Assembly: GCF_009914755.1 (NCBI RefSeq)
Contig: NC_060934.1
Strand: one strand, 5' to 3'
Origin: the human T2T-CHM13v2.0 reference genome, Homo sapiens
DNA: 64,000 nt
In this document: positions 1-14,600 of the stretch, piece by piece
Layout of the letters: each line of letters opens with the position of its first letter
Position numbering within the stretch: position 1 is the stretch's first letter
Position numbers and translations under genes: made by a program
The notes under the pieces: model-generated
The model's database searches: none
Told to the model about the DNA's origin: nothing
Seen by the model: only the letters and a program-made list of their open reading frames with translations

Positions 1-604
1 TTTTGGATTATTACCATTGTAACTGAAAGACTTTATGTTCAGAAAAGTTTCACATTGTGACCAAAGATGTACTGCAAATTAGTGATACTGCTAGAAAAAA
101 GTCTCAGGACTGTATTTCAACTCTTCTGCCCAGAACTTTGGATTAACTCTGATGAAGGGTGAAGACAACCTCACTCTGGCAGTTCTGCCATGTTACTGGG
201 TGAAAAGCTCAGACTCTTTCCCTTTTGAGGGCCTCTTTTCTCCTCACTGCTGAGTCCTTGGATCTGGGGGCTTCTTCTGTTTCTCAGTGGCAATTAAGAT
301 GTTGCTACTCCTGAGGTCTTTTCAGAGTTAGAGTAGGAAGAAAAACAGACTCTTCACAGAGAAATCTGGACAGTTGGGCCTCCACGGATGTTTTCTTGTT
401 ATGCAGACACATACGGTCCTCCGCGGACCACACCCCCTACCTTGTGCCTCTTGGCTGCTGCTTCCATTTTATATGATCCATGTCATGATCCCACTGCCAC
501 CTGTTGCTGTTGAAAGGGGTCCTTGAAATTTTTATTGTCTAATGGGAGTCCAGCATATAAACTGAACACTTAAAAAAGGTGAACGTTACAGCAGATTCAC
601 AAGC

Positions 605-613
605 CCGGAAGTG
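605..613 (+). promoter_or_regulatory. ETS (GABPA/ELK-type) consensus motif in a CpG-elevated region
   Basis: Exact CCGGAAGTG; motif only, no binding evidence. Confidence 0.3.
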
Positions 614-2666
614 GGTAAATTGGTTTAAACCAACTTAAATACCTACCTGCCTCCCCCGCCACACACACCCAGGTGTTTTCTCTTTGGAACTCGGGGGGAA
701 GACATTGGGTATCAAGTAAAACAGGGTTGAAATCATTTGGTCCTTGAAAACTCTTAGGGGAATAATAGAAAGATGATACCCAGAAGTGTGAAGACAGAAA
801 GCATTTGTTAGAGGACTAATGTGGATTTACTTCGTTGTTTTGCTCTTCACTCCTGAATCTCTGTACCCTGGCCTAGATTCAGTGTGGTCATAACCAGTAC
901 AGAGTACAGCTTTCTCTGAAGTTGTCTTGTTGCCCTTCTTATGTTTTCCTGATTTATATATATGTTTTAAAAAATCTCCTTTAATGCCCGTTTTATCCTT
1001 TTCCTGAGCGGCTTCCTAAGTTTCAACAGAAGGGGCCACAGCCGTCTGGGACTTAGTTCTCAGGGTTGGAGCCTCGGGAGGAGAGCAGTATCCAAATACC
1101 TAGCTCATTACTTGTAAATTCCACTGGAGCAGCTGCTTGTTTCTGCGCATTGAACTGTATTTTGACTTCCTACATTGTAGGAGGAGTGTTGAGTTTTCGA
1201 GTTGAGCATAAGGGTGGCGTGTTTCGGAATGATTAACTTTATGGATGTCTTTGTCTGGGCCAGCTATATTTGGCTATGCTGCAGCTGTGTTTGCCTTCTC
1301 AAAATTGTCACCAGGAGGCCTCCAACTGCAATTAGTCACTTCAGTCCACGCTGGTAACATCTTTGCTCGTGACTCCCATTGTCCAGCCAGCCATCTTTTC
1401 TTGGTGTCAGGTCTGAGAGATAACACAGGAATCCTTTGAGAAGCCTGAATGCTGCTGGCAGCTCTGTCTCAAAGCAGTTTCTTAATATTAAGCCATCCTT
1501 ACATTGCCTCCTCGTGCATTTGGGATTCTTCTTTCTTTTCACCACAAGCTCATGTTTTCCTGTCTGCTCGTTCCCCCTTTTCTTTTACGCTCTGATGTCC
1601 GAAAGTTGCCGCCAGCATCAAATGGACGGTGTTTCTTCCTCTTCTGGGTACCTAGAGCGCTTGGGAATGCATTTTTACTTCTGGTGTCTTAGAGTCCCCT
1701 TACACAAGGGCCCCTTTCCTGTGTTGGAGAGGAGACTGAGAGGCAAGTCGTTTTTTTTATCTTCACCTCGGTTGAGTACTTGCTACAGAATTTACCTTTC
1801 TTTCGGGAGGAATTGAGGAAATACTTTTTCTTACTACAAAGACCATTTTAATTCCATTGGCTATGCGTGGTTTTTAATTTTTCATGGAAGTAACTTCCTC
1901 TTGGATTGTTCGACTTGCCCTGTATGTCGTAGAATGGAACCACTAGGGACATGGCTTCAGGGCCTCTCCCAGCACCAGAGTGGAAGGGCATCCTTCAAGG
2001 CTAGGCGTCCTTTGCCACTGTCTTATGAGAATGCCTGGCCTGCCTTCTAATCTGTTCCATGCCTACTTCAAGTCTCAGTTGACTTGTCAAGATTCCTCGT
2101 CTAGAAAATAAGGACAATAAAATACGCTGCTTACCTGTCCCACAGTATTACCGTCAGACTAATGTTGGGAAAGAAATGACAACCTAAATATTTTATAGCT
2201 TCCTGGCACTTAAAACTGGCCGCAAGTTCCCCCGCATTTCCCGGGAGAATCAAATTTAATGGAACTTCATTGCAGCTGAAGAGTGAATGTTTTCTTCTTC
2301 GGAACTTTCATGCTTTTAAGTCTCAGGCAAAGACCCATAAAGCATTGTTGCTCCCAAGTGAACTTTCAGAAAACGCGCAGTCCCTAGGACAACATCATGA
2401 AGACTGATTCTTTTTTCTTCCCCTCACCTTTCTGCATGATGATTGAGAAGTTCAATGAAGTTCATGTTCCTTCTGTGAACTAGTGGTCAGACCTTTCCAT
2501 TCTGGGATGGGGGGGAAGCAAAGGCAGTATCTCCACGTGGTCCTTCTGAAAAGCCCTTCTCTACACCAGATTTTGATTTTCTTATGGGAAGAGAATCAGC
2601 CACACGATATGAAGGCTGGTTCTGACATAATGGGAATCACAACCCTTGCAGAAACCCAGCCGTTAA

Positions 2667-3284
<618 letters not shown>

Positions 3285-4640
3285 AAGGACACGATTTTGA
3301 TGGTATGAATATGGAGCAGAGAGGTCTGTAGACCTGGCAGCCTTGTGTGGCCTCATAAGGTGCTCAGGCCGCAGAATGCCTGGAGGATGTAGATGGAGAG
3401 AGTCCTTGGGGAAATGACCTAGACAAGGAATTGGTGATTTTTGCCTTATGTGGTGGTGTAGGGTTAAGACAAGGGGTTTGGGGTATGGGTTATCTGTAGC
3501 ATCTATGTGGTGTCCAGCTGCAGGGTGTGTCCTGGTTATTTTGGTGGTTAATAAAAAAGGCACTTCTTTATTCTGATGTAGCTGATAGGGTCTTTGGAGT
3601 GCTAAGAGATCAGAGTCTCCACAGAATGTGACAGTTTGCTCCCAGTGCTGCAAGTGACTTGATGCCCTAGATCAGACAGCACAGATTCTGTTTGGAAGCC
3701 TAAAGCCTCGGTGTGTGAATCCATTGTTGAGGAATATCCTCCACGACGGGCCAGGGGAATATTTGGCACCTACTGTAGCTGAGAGTGTGATATTGACTGT
3801 GGAGAAGCTCTCTGGGCTGTGAATGTGACCTCCAAAATGCAGACTCTTGCCTCTCATCACACAGCACTTTGCATTAGGGTGAACCAGGGAACTTTGCTGG
3901 AGGCAGGGGGGCCTTTGGCAATATCAAAGATGACTGTTGTTGCTGAGATTCTTGGGAAGGGAAAACTAGGTCTGTGGCTGAAAGCTGGCAAAATCTTTGG
4001 AGAAGAGGGCCAGCCACACAGATACTACAAATGTTTCTGTACAAATTAATTGGTACTTTGTAATTAGCACTTTTTCTCTTATCAATGTCCAAGAAGTCTG
4101 ATTAACTTTATAGGCAGACTTTCAGTTGGGCCAACAGTTTTAAATCTGCCTGTTGTAAAAAGTGACCAAAATTGGACTTTTGTCACCTCAGAAGCCACGT
4201 GATTGGCCACACTTTTATCTTGCCTCTCTCTCAGTCTCGTTTTTCAGGTCTCCTAAGGATGTGCTACTTTTGTTCCAGATTTGTTTCCAGATGCCTGCTC
4301 AAGTAATAATCGTGCAGACCCCAGAAGCCAGAAAACATTTTCCAGTGTCAACCAAACTAATTCCTTGCCAATCATACGCTGCTTTTTGGTGTGTGTTTCT
4401 TTTAATTCTGATTACTAACACTTTAAGGGATGCTGCCTTCCTGTGGTTACATTTTCTGAACTATTTTATGAGATTAGTTATTCTTGATTTAGGATATACC
4501 ATGGGCCAGCCATCAGGCTAAGGAGTTTATATTTTATCAATAATTCTCAGAAAAAATTTCCTCAATAATTTGTGTCATTTCCATCTCACAAATGAGGATA
4601 TTGAGGTTCTAAAAGGTGGTGGTACTGAAAACTCGAAAAT

Positions 4641-4914
4641 GTACCTCTGTTTCTCATTTCCAAAATCTGAGGTTGCACCTGTGTTTCTCATTCCCAAAGC
4701 CTGAGGATGCACCTCTGTTCCTCGTCTCCAAAGCCCGAGGTCCCACTTCTGTTCCTCATCTCCAAAGCCTGAGGTTGCACCTCTGTTTCTCGTCTCCAAA
4801 GCCCGAGGTCGCACTTCTGTTTCTTGTCTCCAAAGCCCGAGGTTGCAGCTCTGTTTCTCACCTCCAAAGCCTGAGGTTGCACCTCTGTTCCTCGTTTCCA
4901 AAGCCTGAGGTTGC
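4641..4914. repeat. 34-bp minisatellite, ~8 copies
   Basis: Unit ~gcacctctgtttctcgtctccaaagcctgaggtt; ccaaa recurs at 4660, 4694, 4728, 4762, 4796, 4830, 4864, 4898. Confidence 0.95.
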
Positions 4915-6417
4915 CTGCAAGTCTCTTGAGGATTTTTTGGTGTAAACAGGTTGAGTTTCTGGATAGGTGGGCATATTGGCAGCTGAATATGTGGGTTTTG
5001 AGTGTGAAATACAGGTTCTTAGCTATGACCCAGCAATCTTCTACTTGTTCTGTGCTCTTCCACATAAATTGCTTTTTCTTGATTGTATTTCATAGAGCAA
5101 TTTCTGAGGCTGGAAGGCAGGAGCATTGTAAGAGACATGTCAGTGGATGGGGACACCCAAGCAGTGTCAAGATCTCTTAATGCCTGAGGCAGATTCTCAC
5201 TTACTGCCAAGATAAAGAAGCAATTAACATTGACTGCTAAGGTGGACACTTATTCTTCATTTATGATAACGGTATATTTTATGAAGAGGTTTCTTTGGAG
5301 GATTTCATTAGACACCTGGCATTTTCCCCCATTAACTTCCAACTTAAAAATTTTTGCATATGACTTAGACGAATGCTTGGCCTTCTCAGGTGGCGCTACG
5401 CCTTCTTGTGAATTAGAAAATGGTTCTCAGGTGGCATTTTGTCCCCACAGCCCACCTCAGTTGATGACCTTATGCAGTATCCTTTCTACAGTAACATCCG
5501 TTTTTACTCCCTCCTCCTTAAGTAGGCCTCGTAAGTAGGCAATAGAATAAATGAGCCTCTATGCAGGATATCAGTGGAGTTTCAATGATGGACAGCTGTG
5601 GCCAGCTGACATGTGGTACCTGGTCCATTTCAAGGATCATTACACTTTCAGCCACTCCACAGCTTTGTGCTCAAGTGCATAAACATTTGATGGGATTCTG
5701 TGTTTTCAGCAAATCATAAATTTCTGTCTACTTCTAGATACCCAATGTAAAGGAAGGGATAATAGAAAAGTTAGAGTAGAATTCATGCATGGGTTGGCCT
5801 AACCCACAAACCATTTCATACTGAACATTAGCTTGTCGAAATGCCTTTACTCTTGGCAGGACACAAGCGCCATAACCTAAGAGGATGTGATTTGAGTGGA
5901 GTTTTCATGCCCTGTGTGCTTATTGTATTCTTGCTACTGATGCAAACATTATCTATAATTACATTTTCAAGTGACTGAAAATTGCAGGCTTTGTGGAACA
6001 AAAATACAGCCAAAGAATGGAATGTATATTCACTCCACCCTCATTATAAGGCTTTCAGAAATCAGACTGTAAGGCCCAATACCATGGCTCTCAACTACGT
6101 GATACTAACTCCATTCTCTGATGTTTGAACACTTTGTCAAAATGCTGGGTTTCCAATGATGATCGTATAATTTGAGGAAAATGCTATTACCCTTTTAGCG
6201 CTTCATTTGCTCCATTGTTGACTCAATCACAGTGGCACCTCCTCACACAAGTCCTCTATTTCCACCCTGTGAAACAAACACAATTTGATTTAGATCGAAG
6301 CATGATAGGCAAAGTTGAGAAAGTTGGTTGAGGTGCATGCCTTCTTGGGGCAGGTGCGATTGCATCCCTGGGACATTATATGTCTTTACATCTCCCAGCT
6401 CCACATAGGGCTTAGCC

Positions 6418-6443
6418 AAAAAAAAAAAAAAAAAAAAAAAAAA
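6418..6443 (+). repeat. poly(A)26
   Basis: Direct read. Confidence 0.95.
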
Positions 6444-6606
6444 TTGCTTCCAGGGGCCACCCACTACATCATGGGCTCTTTCTTTGTCCTTAGAACCTGG
6501 CTTTGGTACCAGAAAACCATCCTGGTCAATTTTACTCTTGTAGACACAAGATGAGACCCAGTTTCTAATTTCAGCTTAAACCCCTTGAAATTGTTAAAGA
6601 GAATCT

Positions 6607-6718
6607 AGCTGGATGGGGTGACTCAGTGCCTTTCATCCTAGCTACTCAGGAAGCTGAGGTGGGGGAATCGCTTGAGGCCAGGAGTTTGAGGCCAGCCTGT
6701 CCCTAAAAAAATAAAAAT
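6607..6718 (+). mobile_element. Alu monomer (FLAM/FAM-like)
   Basis: Degenerate single Alu arm with A-tail; TSD aagagaatct at 6597-6606 and 6719-6728. Confidence 0.85.
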
Positions 6719-7486
6719 AAGAGAATCTGACATGTTATATCTTAGTATTTTGTTCATTGTTGAGTAGCATTTTAAAATCTAAGGAACTGTTTAATGAAAT
6801 AGATGTTCCTTGGTTTTGGATGGAAAACTAATGAGAGGAAGAATTTATGATGGCATCGTTGTTTTGTTTTTAAGGCATGAAATTTACAATCTACGTGGTA
6901 TCTCACGATGTTGTAACTCACTTTCCAGGCCCCAGTAGAGTCCAAACTCTTGGAAAATTTAAAGAAAAATTATTGTGATGGCTTTATCCAAAATAGAAGC
7001 AGAATAAATAATTGACGAAGGTTGCTCAGGAAACCTATAGACCATTCCTGATTCTCTGGTGTCTGTGTCTGACAGGATGATATGTCACCAAATAAATGTT
7101 TATTGGGTCATAATTAAATTGTGAACAGTTAATGTATATATAGTGAATTAGATGTTCCCCAATATGTATGTTGTGTTACCTTTTCTAACATAAATGATAA
7201 ACTCAAATGTATGTTGGGTTTTGGACAGACTATTTTGTACTGTAATACAAAGATTACCAATTAGGTATTAACATTCATGGAGTTAAAATAACTTTGGGGT
7301 CCAGGTGAAAAGCTTTCTGAGTAATACAGTGCATCGACAAGGGTGTTTTCATTGTTTGTGTAAATGATTGTTACAGCTTTTGAAGCAAAGCCTCTACAGT
7401 GAAAATTCTGAGGCATAGACATTCCTCATCAAATATCACTGCCCAGTGGTGAGGTGTGAGGGCAACTCAATTTGTACATCTCATGA

Positions 7487-7823
<337 letters not shown>

Positions 7824-8617
7824 TCAGGGCACATTTTTGACAGGTTATTTGTTGATGCATCTGACTAACTGCCTGGGCTTTTGATAGCATGGATTCTTAG
7901 CCAATCAGCAAAATTTATTTTAAGAAAGGTAATTAGACTAGAACCAAAGTAAATTTAGCTTTTAAAGTTATCTAATTCTCAGGGTTTCTTGTGAGCCCCT
8001 ACAGTGGCAAATTGATTCCCCTGTAGTGTTGTAAATACAGTGTGAGTCAGAAAATACATTACAGTTGTACAGTCTGTACAGCAGATCGAATAGTTAAGTT
8101 GGACAACTGAGGAGTTTAGGACTTACGAGTTACAAGCGACCCATTATTGTTGGACTGAACTGATTAGTTGTTTTGTTGTCACTTGGAAACAACCTAAACA
8201 TTTCTGTACTACCTGTTCCCTTTTTTAAGTCTGAAATGTCTGCCAGTGAATAAGAGTTGCAGTTTAGCATTGTTAACACAAATATTTAGTCTCTAAGTCT
8301 CATATAATGTGCTAGGTGGCTGCCGGCTGTTCTAGGTGTTACAAAAATTTTATGAAGTATAACAATAGTTGTTAGATTACAAGCTTAAATATTTGATGAC
8401 TCTGGGCTTTTGTCCTGTTGACTTTGCCTGTATTTTCTTGAAGGAAACACAAGTTTAAAATGAAGAAAGAGCTGTACTTCTGTGTTGTTTTGGGGCTATG
8501 TTGGATTAATAAGGAATTTCTTGTTGAGATACAAGAAATTAACCGATGTAACTTTTAAGACCTTCATTCCTTATTCTGTAGATCAGGTGAGGTAAATATT
8601 ATAATGGGGCCTCATCT

Positions 8618-8809
8618 TTAATTTTTATTTTTTTTGCTGCGTCTAGATCCCTCCTAGATGTGTTAAAAATATTTCATGTGTTCCTTATTACTAAGAACAC
8701 TGGAAGAAACTGTTAATTTTTATTTTTTTTGCTGTGTCTAGATCCCTCCTAGATGTGTTAAAAATATTTCATGTGTTCCTTATTACTAAGAACACTGGAA
8801 GAAACTGTT
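8618..8809. repeat. 95-bp tandem duplication (2 copies, 1 mismatch)
   Basis: gtctagatcc at 8641 and 8736; copies differ only at 8640 C vs 8735 T. Confidence 0.95.
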
Positions 8810-10886
8810 GATTGGTGGAAACGTGCACAGAAGCCCCTCTTCTGTGATCTTGGCCATTTGGACTGTAGCATCCAGTTAGCTTGTGATGGGGGAAAATCAG
8901 CATTCATCAAAACTGGCGATGTGGCAGTTCTTTCCCATTCAAAAGAGCTGCAGTGGTGGTGGTGCACTGCTCCATTACGTCAGGTTGAATCTGGTATGAT
9001 CCATGGAATTAATTGTGTAAGCAGTGGCATCTGGATTTTTATCGAGCCTGTCCTTTTGCTCCCTAAACTTCTGTAGCAGAGCTCTGTAATTTACCCGGGA
9101 TTGGGAATCTTGAGAACAAGTAGATGAGGATCAGTGAAATTAAGAGGATGGAATTGCAGCCACTTGATTGACATTCTAGATCCAACCTGAGGCTCTGTTT
9201 TGTGCCCTTGGTACTCAAGTGGGTGCTGACCTGGTTTGCTGGGATACTCCCAGCTTCCATCTATTGTCCTAGCATCGTCATTAATAGTATCCTCCTTTGA
9301 ATTAAAAGTGTCCAAGTTTGGATAATAAATTATACAGTCCCCTTTCTCTTGTCTGATCCTTATCACCGCCTTTCTTAAATACGAATGTGTGACCATGTTT
9401 AAAAGTCTCTGCGTGGGATTAACCCAAACTTTTCCACCAAAATGGTTAAGACTTTCAAACCTTAAGGAAAAAAAAAAATTCTAACCTTTCTCCAAGCCGT
9501 CTTCTTACCTAAATCCTTATACATAGAAAAGCTATTTAAAATTTAATACAAGTTTATTTGTTGTTTCTAATATGGTAGCAGCCTGCTGGGAGATGTCTCT
9601 CTACACCCTTCCCTGGTGCCTGGATTTAATGTGGAGGACCCTGAGATGAGGCTTTTGGGGAAACCTTCCCATTCAGTGCTGTTAATAACTTTTCCCCGTT
9701 CTGGAAAGCTGGGATAGGCAGCTCAGATGCTTCAGATGACTCAGCCAAAGCGTGACCACAGCCAGGAAATGATCTGATGATACTGCCTTTGTTCTAACAC
9801 TGCCCTTTGTGAAAGAGTCACAGGAGAGCTCAGCCAGATTTAATGGCCCTGGGGTGCCTAGGTATATTTTTGAATTTTAATCTGAGATACTTTTTCACTC
9901 TGTAAGGCTAATTGCTCTTTCTCCTACCGTGCTGGAATTTCAGAGGATTTTTGAAATATGTGTGTTTGAAATTGGTTTCCTGATTTTTACATTTATACCC
10001 AGCTGTTTGTTATTCCGTTCAGCCATCAGCATCTGAGTCTCAATGGACCATGTAATGTGCAGCTGTAGCCAGATATAATGCTTCCTCTCCCTAAATGTTT
10101 CTTTTAGAAGCTTAGAGAGGCAGGCTAAAGACTGCTGATAACAGTATTGCCTGCATTAATATACCTGCTGGAGCTACACAAATTCTGCTTGGCAATTTTA
10201 TTTCATGACCAACAAGCAAAGCAATGTTTGTGATCTCCATCCCTGGTAGTAATGTTGACACTGTATATATCAAGTATATCTGCACTGATGTGAGAGGTAG
10301 TTGTACAGCTAATTCAAACTGCAGGAAGCTGTCTGATCTGCATGCGTAAATACTCTGAAAGCCAGGCTGTACTTAAGCATCAGCCAGGATTCAGGTCAGA
10401 CCTTTGCCAAGATTAAAACAGGTCCATAAACTGACTCTTGAATAGAGAATTTCTTAGGAAGGATAATTTTAGGATCATTTCTCTTCAGCTTATAGACAAA
10501 CCTTGTTCCTAATTTGCATTTATTATTCAAATCTGTGTTTCCTTTTGTATTTGTACGATGTAACTTTGTTTAGAGGCTATAGCTTCTACTGAATTTAATT
10601 ACTTTGCTTCCAGGCTTTAAATTGAGGGCAGCTTCTATTAATCGTTAATTACTTTCTTCAGCCATTTACGCAGTAAAGGTACAGTTACTAATCGAGGGTA
10701 TGTTCTATACAATGGCAACAGGCTCCTTCAGTCTCAATATTTACCTTTCTGTGGGGACTGATTATTTCCCTAATCTTATCTTTTGCTAAACATAAAAGTA
10801 GACATTTCATTGACATATTGGACATTCCTATGATCCAGTGTTAGAGATCCTAGATAAATAAATGGGAATCATACTTGGCTCTGGGT

Positions 10887-10899
10887 TGCCACCTGGTGG
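10887..10899 (-). promoter_or_regulatory. CTCF core motif candidate
   Basis: Reverse complement CCACCAGGTGGCA matches CCASYAGRKGGCR exactly. Confidence 0.45.
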
Positions 10900-11313
10900 T
10901 GTATTGATCCCTTTTAGCCTCCTCAGACCAATCTCCTATGGGAAGATGATATCCCTGGATCTACTATTCCATTGCTAGTTTTACGCTGAGAGCCCGCTGG
11001 GGGTTTACAGATAGGCTTGTGCCTCATGGGCGGCTGAGGGAGGAAGCATCAGTATGGCCTGTGTGTTGGTTGTTTTTTTATGTCATGAAAGTATGTGTTC
11101 CATGTGCCTTTGGTGTATTTGATAATTTGTCTCCTTAAAATTCCTCTGTTGGCCTATGTGACATGTGATGCTTTTTCTGATTATCCTTCATTACCCCTCC
11201 ATGCCCCCTTTCTTCCAGCCTCCTGACTGTGGGCGTCTTGCGCTTCTCACTCTTTGGCTCTCACCTTGTCCTTCTCATACTTCCCTTTTTAGAGAGCTTC
11301 TATCTTCACCCAC

Positions 11314-11666
11314 TGTATTAGTCCGTTCTCACACTGCTAATAAAGATGTACCTGAGACTGAGTAATTTATAAAGGAAAGAGGTTTAATGGACTCACAGTT
11401 CCACATGGCTGGGGAGACCTCACAGTCATGGAAGAAGACGAAGGAAGAGCAAAGGGACATCTTACATGGCGCAAGCAAGAGCACATGTGCAGGGGAGCTC
11501 CCCTTTATAAAACCATCAGCTCTCCTGAGACTTACTGTCGTGAGAACAGCGTGGGAGAAACCCACCCCCTTGATTCAGTTACCTCCTAACAGGTCCCTCC
11601 CATGACATGTGGGGGTCATTACAATTCAAGGTGAGATTTGTGTGAGGACACAGCCAAACCATATCG
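11314..11666 (-). mobile_element. THE1 (B/C-like) MaLR solo LTR
   Basis: tgtattagtccgttctcacactgct...cagccaaaccatatc; 5-bp TSD cccac/accac. Confidence 0.93.
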
Positions 11667-14600
11667 ACCACTGTATCTCAGCTGATTGGGGTGGAGGTAG
11701 GGGGAAGCTGTTTCTCAACTTGTGATCTTTGCTTTTTATCTGGATGTTTCCTGGTGAGCTGTTCCTCAGTCTCAGTAGCCTGGGCTTTGAGTCAGCCATG
11801 GTAGATAGTGGAGTCTATCTGCTTGGTGATGGGCACGTGCTGAATGCTCAAGCTGGCCACAGCCCCATGTCAACAGTTTATTAAGAGTGTAACAAACCCC
11901 ACTAAGGTTTCTGTAATTTACTAAAAGAACGGTGAGAGTTGTTTATTCATCCATTTATTAGACTCAGTATTGTACGAGGTGAAGGTTCCTCGTGGCCTAG
12001 CTTGGGCTGTTGAGTTTCTTACTGACACTTTAGTCTCCACTTTGAAATGGATTTACCATGATACTTCTGTGTCATGATATGCTTCTAGTTCATGGTCCTA
12101 TGATTTTAAATTTAATTTTTAAAACATGTATAAAGGTAGAGAGCAAGATAGAATTGGGTTATAGGTTGAATTAATGAGCAGTGGCAAAGTGAAAAGCTTG
12201 AGATTTCTTTGTTTTGGGGAAGCCGAAGTTTATGGAAAAAAAAACAGTGATTTTAGTATGTAGTTTCTGTAAGACTTTGTAAAAATGCTCTTTACTCCCT
12301 GGAACTCTAGTAGGTAGCCATGTTAAGTTATAAACCAATTGTTGCTGCTGGTGATAACAGGCAGAGGAGCTGAAGCTCGCATGAGAAATGCTTTGTGTCC
12401 CACTGTTCCCTGGAGATGGCTGCCTCGGAGAGGACCCAGCCACACCAGCAAAGAGGAGCTGAGGTCAGCGTTCAGGGGGTGAACATAGTAGCTTCATTTG
12501 AAAAATGACTTCCTTTTTTTCCATCTGTAGCCTGGCTTCCCTTTGTGGAGTCCTCTTGCCTAGCCTCTGCCCTATATTCCTAAGAGAAAAAATGCTTCTA
12601 AGAATGCATCTAAAGTGGTTTGCGCTGCATTATATCACCAAGTTGTACTGGTAGAGGTATGTGGTGTGTGAAATTGAATGGTATTTCAAACGGTAGTGCT
12701 TATTAAGTTATTGATACAGGTTGGTTGTCGACTTAGGCAAGGTGTGAAGTTAATCCTATTAGACAGTGATTACTCTTCTACCAAAGTACATCAAAAGAGT
12801 AGTAGTTATGGTACTGGGACAGTAGGAATTATGACAGGATTTCTATTAATAATCAACTACTATGCAGTACACCACTATAAAAATGAATTCTAGAAGGAAA
12901 ATTTGAATATCCATTTCAGCACTGATTTCATACACATTACACATATATATTTATAAATCATATATTACAAAAGATGGTAGGATAAAAGTCAAGGATTATT
13001 ATTTTAAATGGTGCTCTAACATTAGTATAAATATCTCACATAAAACCATTTAAATTTCTGGAACCCCATAGGTGGGCTTAAAACTATGATAATTATTTTA
13101 AGTTATACTGATTGGATTCATGTTTATTAAAACCCTTCTGGCATCAGTGAAACTTACTAAACTTGCTTTTGGAGTTAAAAATGGAAATTTTTACAGATTC
13201 TTTGAGATCGAGGTGGAGCAGGGCCTCCTGTAGAAAGCCAGCAGTCTTCTTGTTTCATCCCCTCAACCATCCACCACCCTAAGCCAAGTGCGCCTGAGCT
13301 TCCACAGTATCCTGGACAAGTGTGCACACGCGCTTGCATCCACACCACTCTCATGGCATCGACCATGTAACGGCGATAACAGCCGAGTCCTGTGTCAGCT
13401 CTCCTATTAGCGTGGAGGACACTGAGAGCAGAAACCGTGATGCAGTGAGCCTTCTGCCCACAACACTTCGTGCCCTGTATGGCACAGAGTGGGTCAAACA
13501 CATCAGATGAGATAGGAAGAAAAGTGGAGAATGCACTTTGCTGGTGCTGAGATGAACTGGGCCAATTCTCATGGGGCACCTCCCATGCCAGGATTTGGGA
13601 TGTAAGCTCATCTCAAATGTAGCCCATCAAAGCTATTAAATAACATAGTACTTTTTGGACTATTCCTCCAACCTACTTCTTATGCTGGTTGTGTGAATTA
13701 TACCATTAGGGTGGTGAGCTATGTAGTCACGGTCACAGTGTGTACTCAAAGTACCTTAAAACGAGTTCAGAGTTAATTATTTACTTCACAAGACACTGCT
13801 TGTCCCATGTTTGCCCACGTACACATCTTATTTTGTAAGCTTTACACGCTTCTAATGCATGTTACTGAAAACAAGTTCTTGAGTCACAGTTTAAGGTTCC
13901 ATTTAAAGCCACTCAATGGAAGATAGGTTAAGTGTACTTCATAATTTTGATCATTGAACCAGGAACATTATGTACCAGTTTTTAAGGCTAGTTTCATTTA
14001 GGAAAAAAGATAATTATATATCTATTACGTCTTACATTTTTGTAAATTCCATTGCCACTGGAGGAAACCATGGACCAGAGTAACCTAAAGATGCATGTTG
14101 GTATATATTTTAATTCCAGGTAACATTGGAATGTGGTATGTGTTGGGGGTGGGATCTTCCTGTTTGTTTTTGTCAAGCTAATATTATTTACAAAAACCAT
14201 CCCAAGGACTGAGAGCAAAATGTATTGATTATCTTTATGTGGACCATGACAAATTGATTTTTTAATTGAGACTTCCTATTTTCAGGGAGTTCAGTGTCTC
14301 GTAGGAAAATAGTAAATTTTGAAAAACTTTAAAATGTTCATGCCACTGATCATGGGACCACATGATTGTTGATAAGGGAAGGTAGGACAGGAGGAAGTTC
14401 AAGAATTCTCAGGGCAGTCCAAAGCAGAAGGAAAGGGTGGCATTTCATTTATGTATCTGACTGCCATCTTAACTGTGTTCTCTGTGAATTGCCTCCAACA
14501 ATATGGAGATAATTCAAAACAAGCATTAACAAGATATAGACAGTGTTTTGGAGAAGAAGCAAAATAGGGTCTCTGTTTCGAAAACACACTGTCTTATGTT

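Noticed and set aside
4641-4914. 34-bp periodic repeat as a CRISPR array, and the overlapping ORFs as genes
   Set aside because: Units are head-to-tail with no unique spacers, there are no cas genes, and the context is primate; the ORFs arise from the repeat
6418-6443. Isolated poly(A) tracts (also 23817-23842, 60855-60878) as retrocopy tails
   Set aside because: No recognisable upstream mRNA-like body and no flanking TSD
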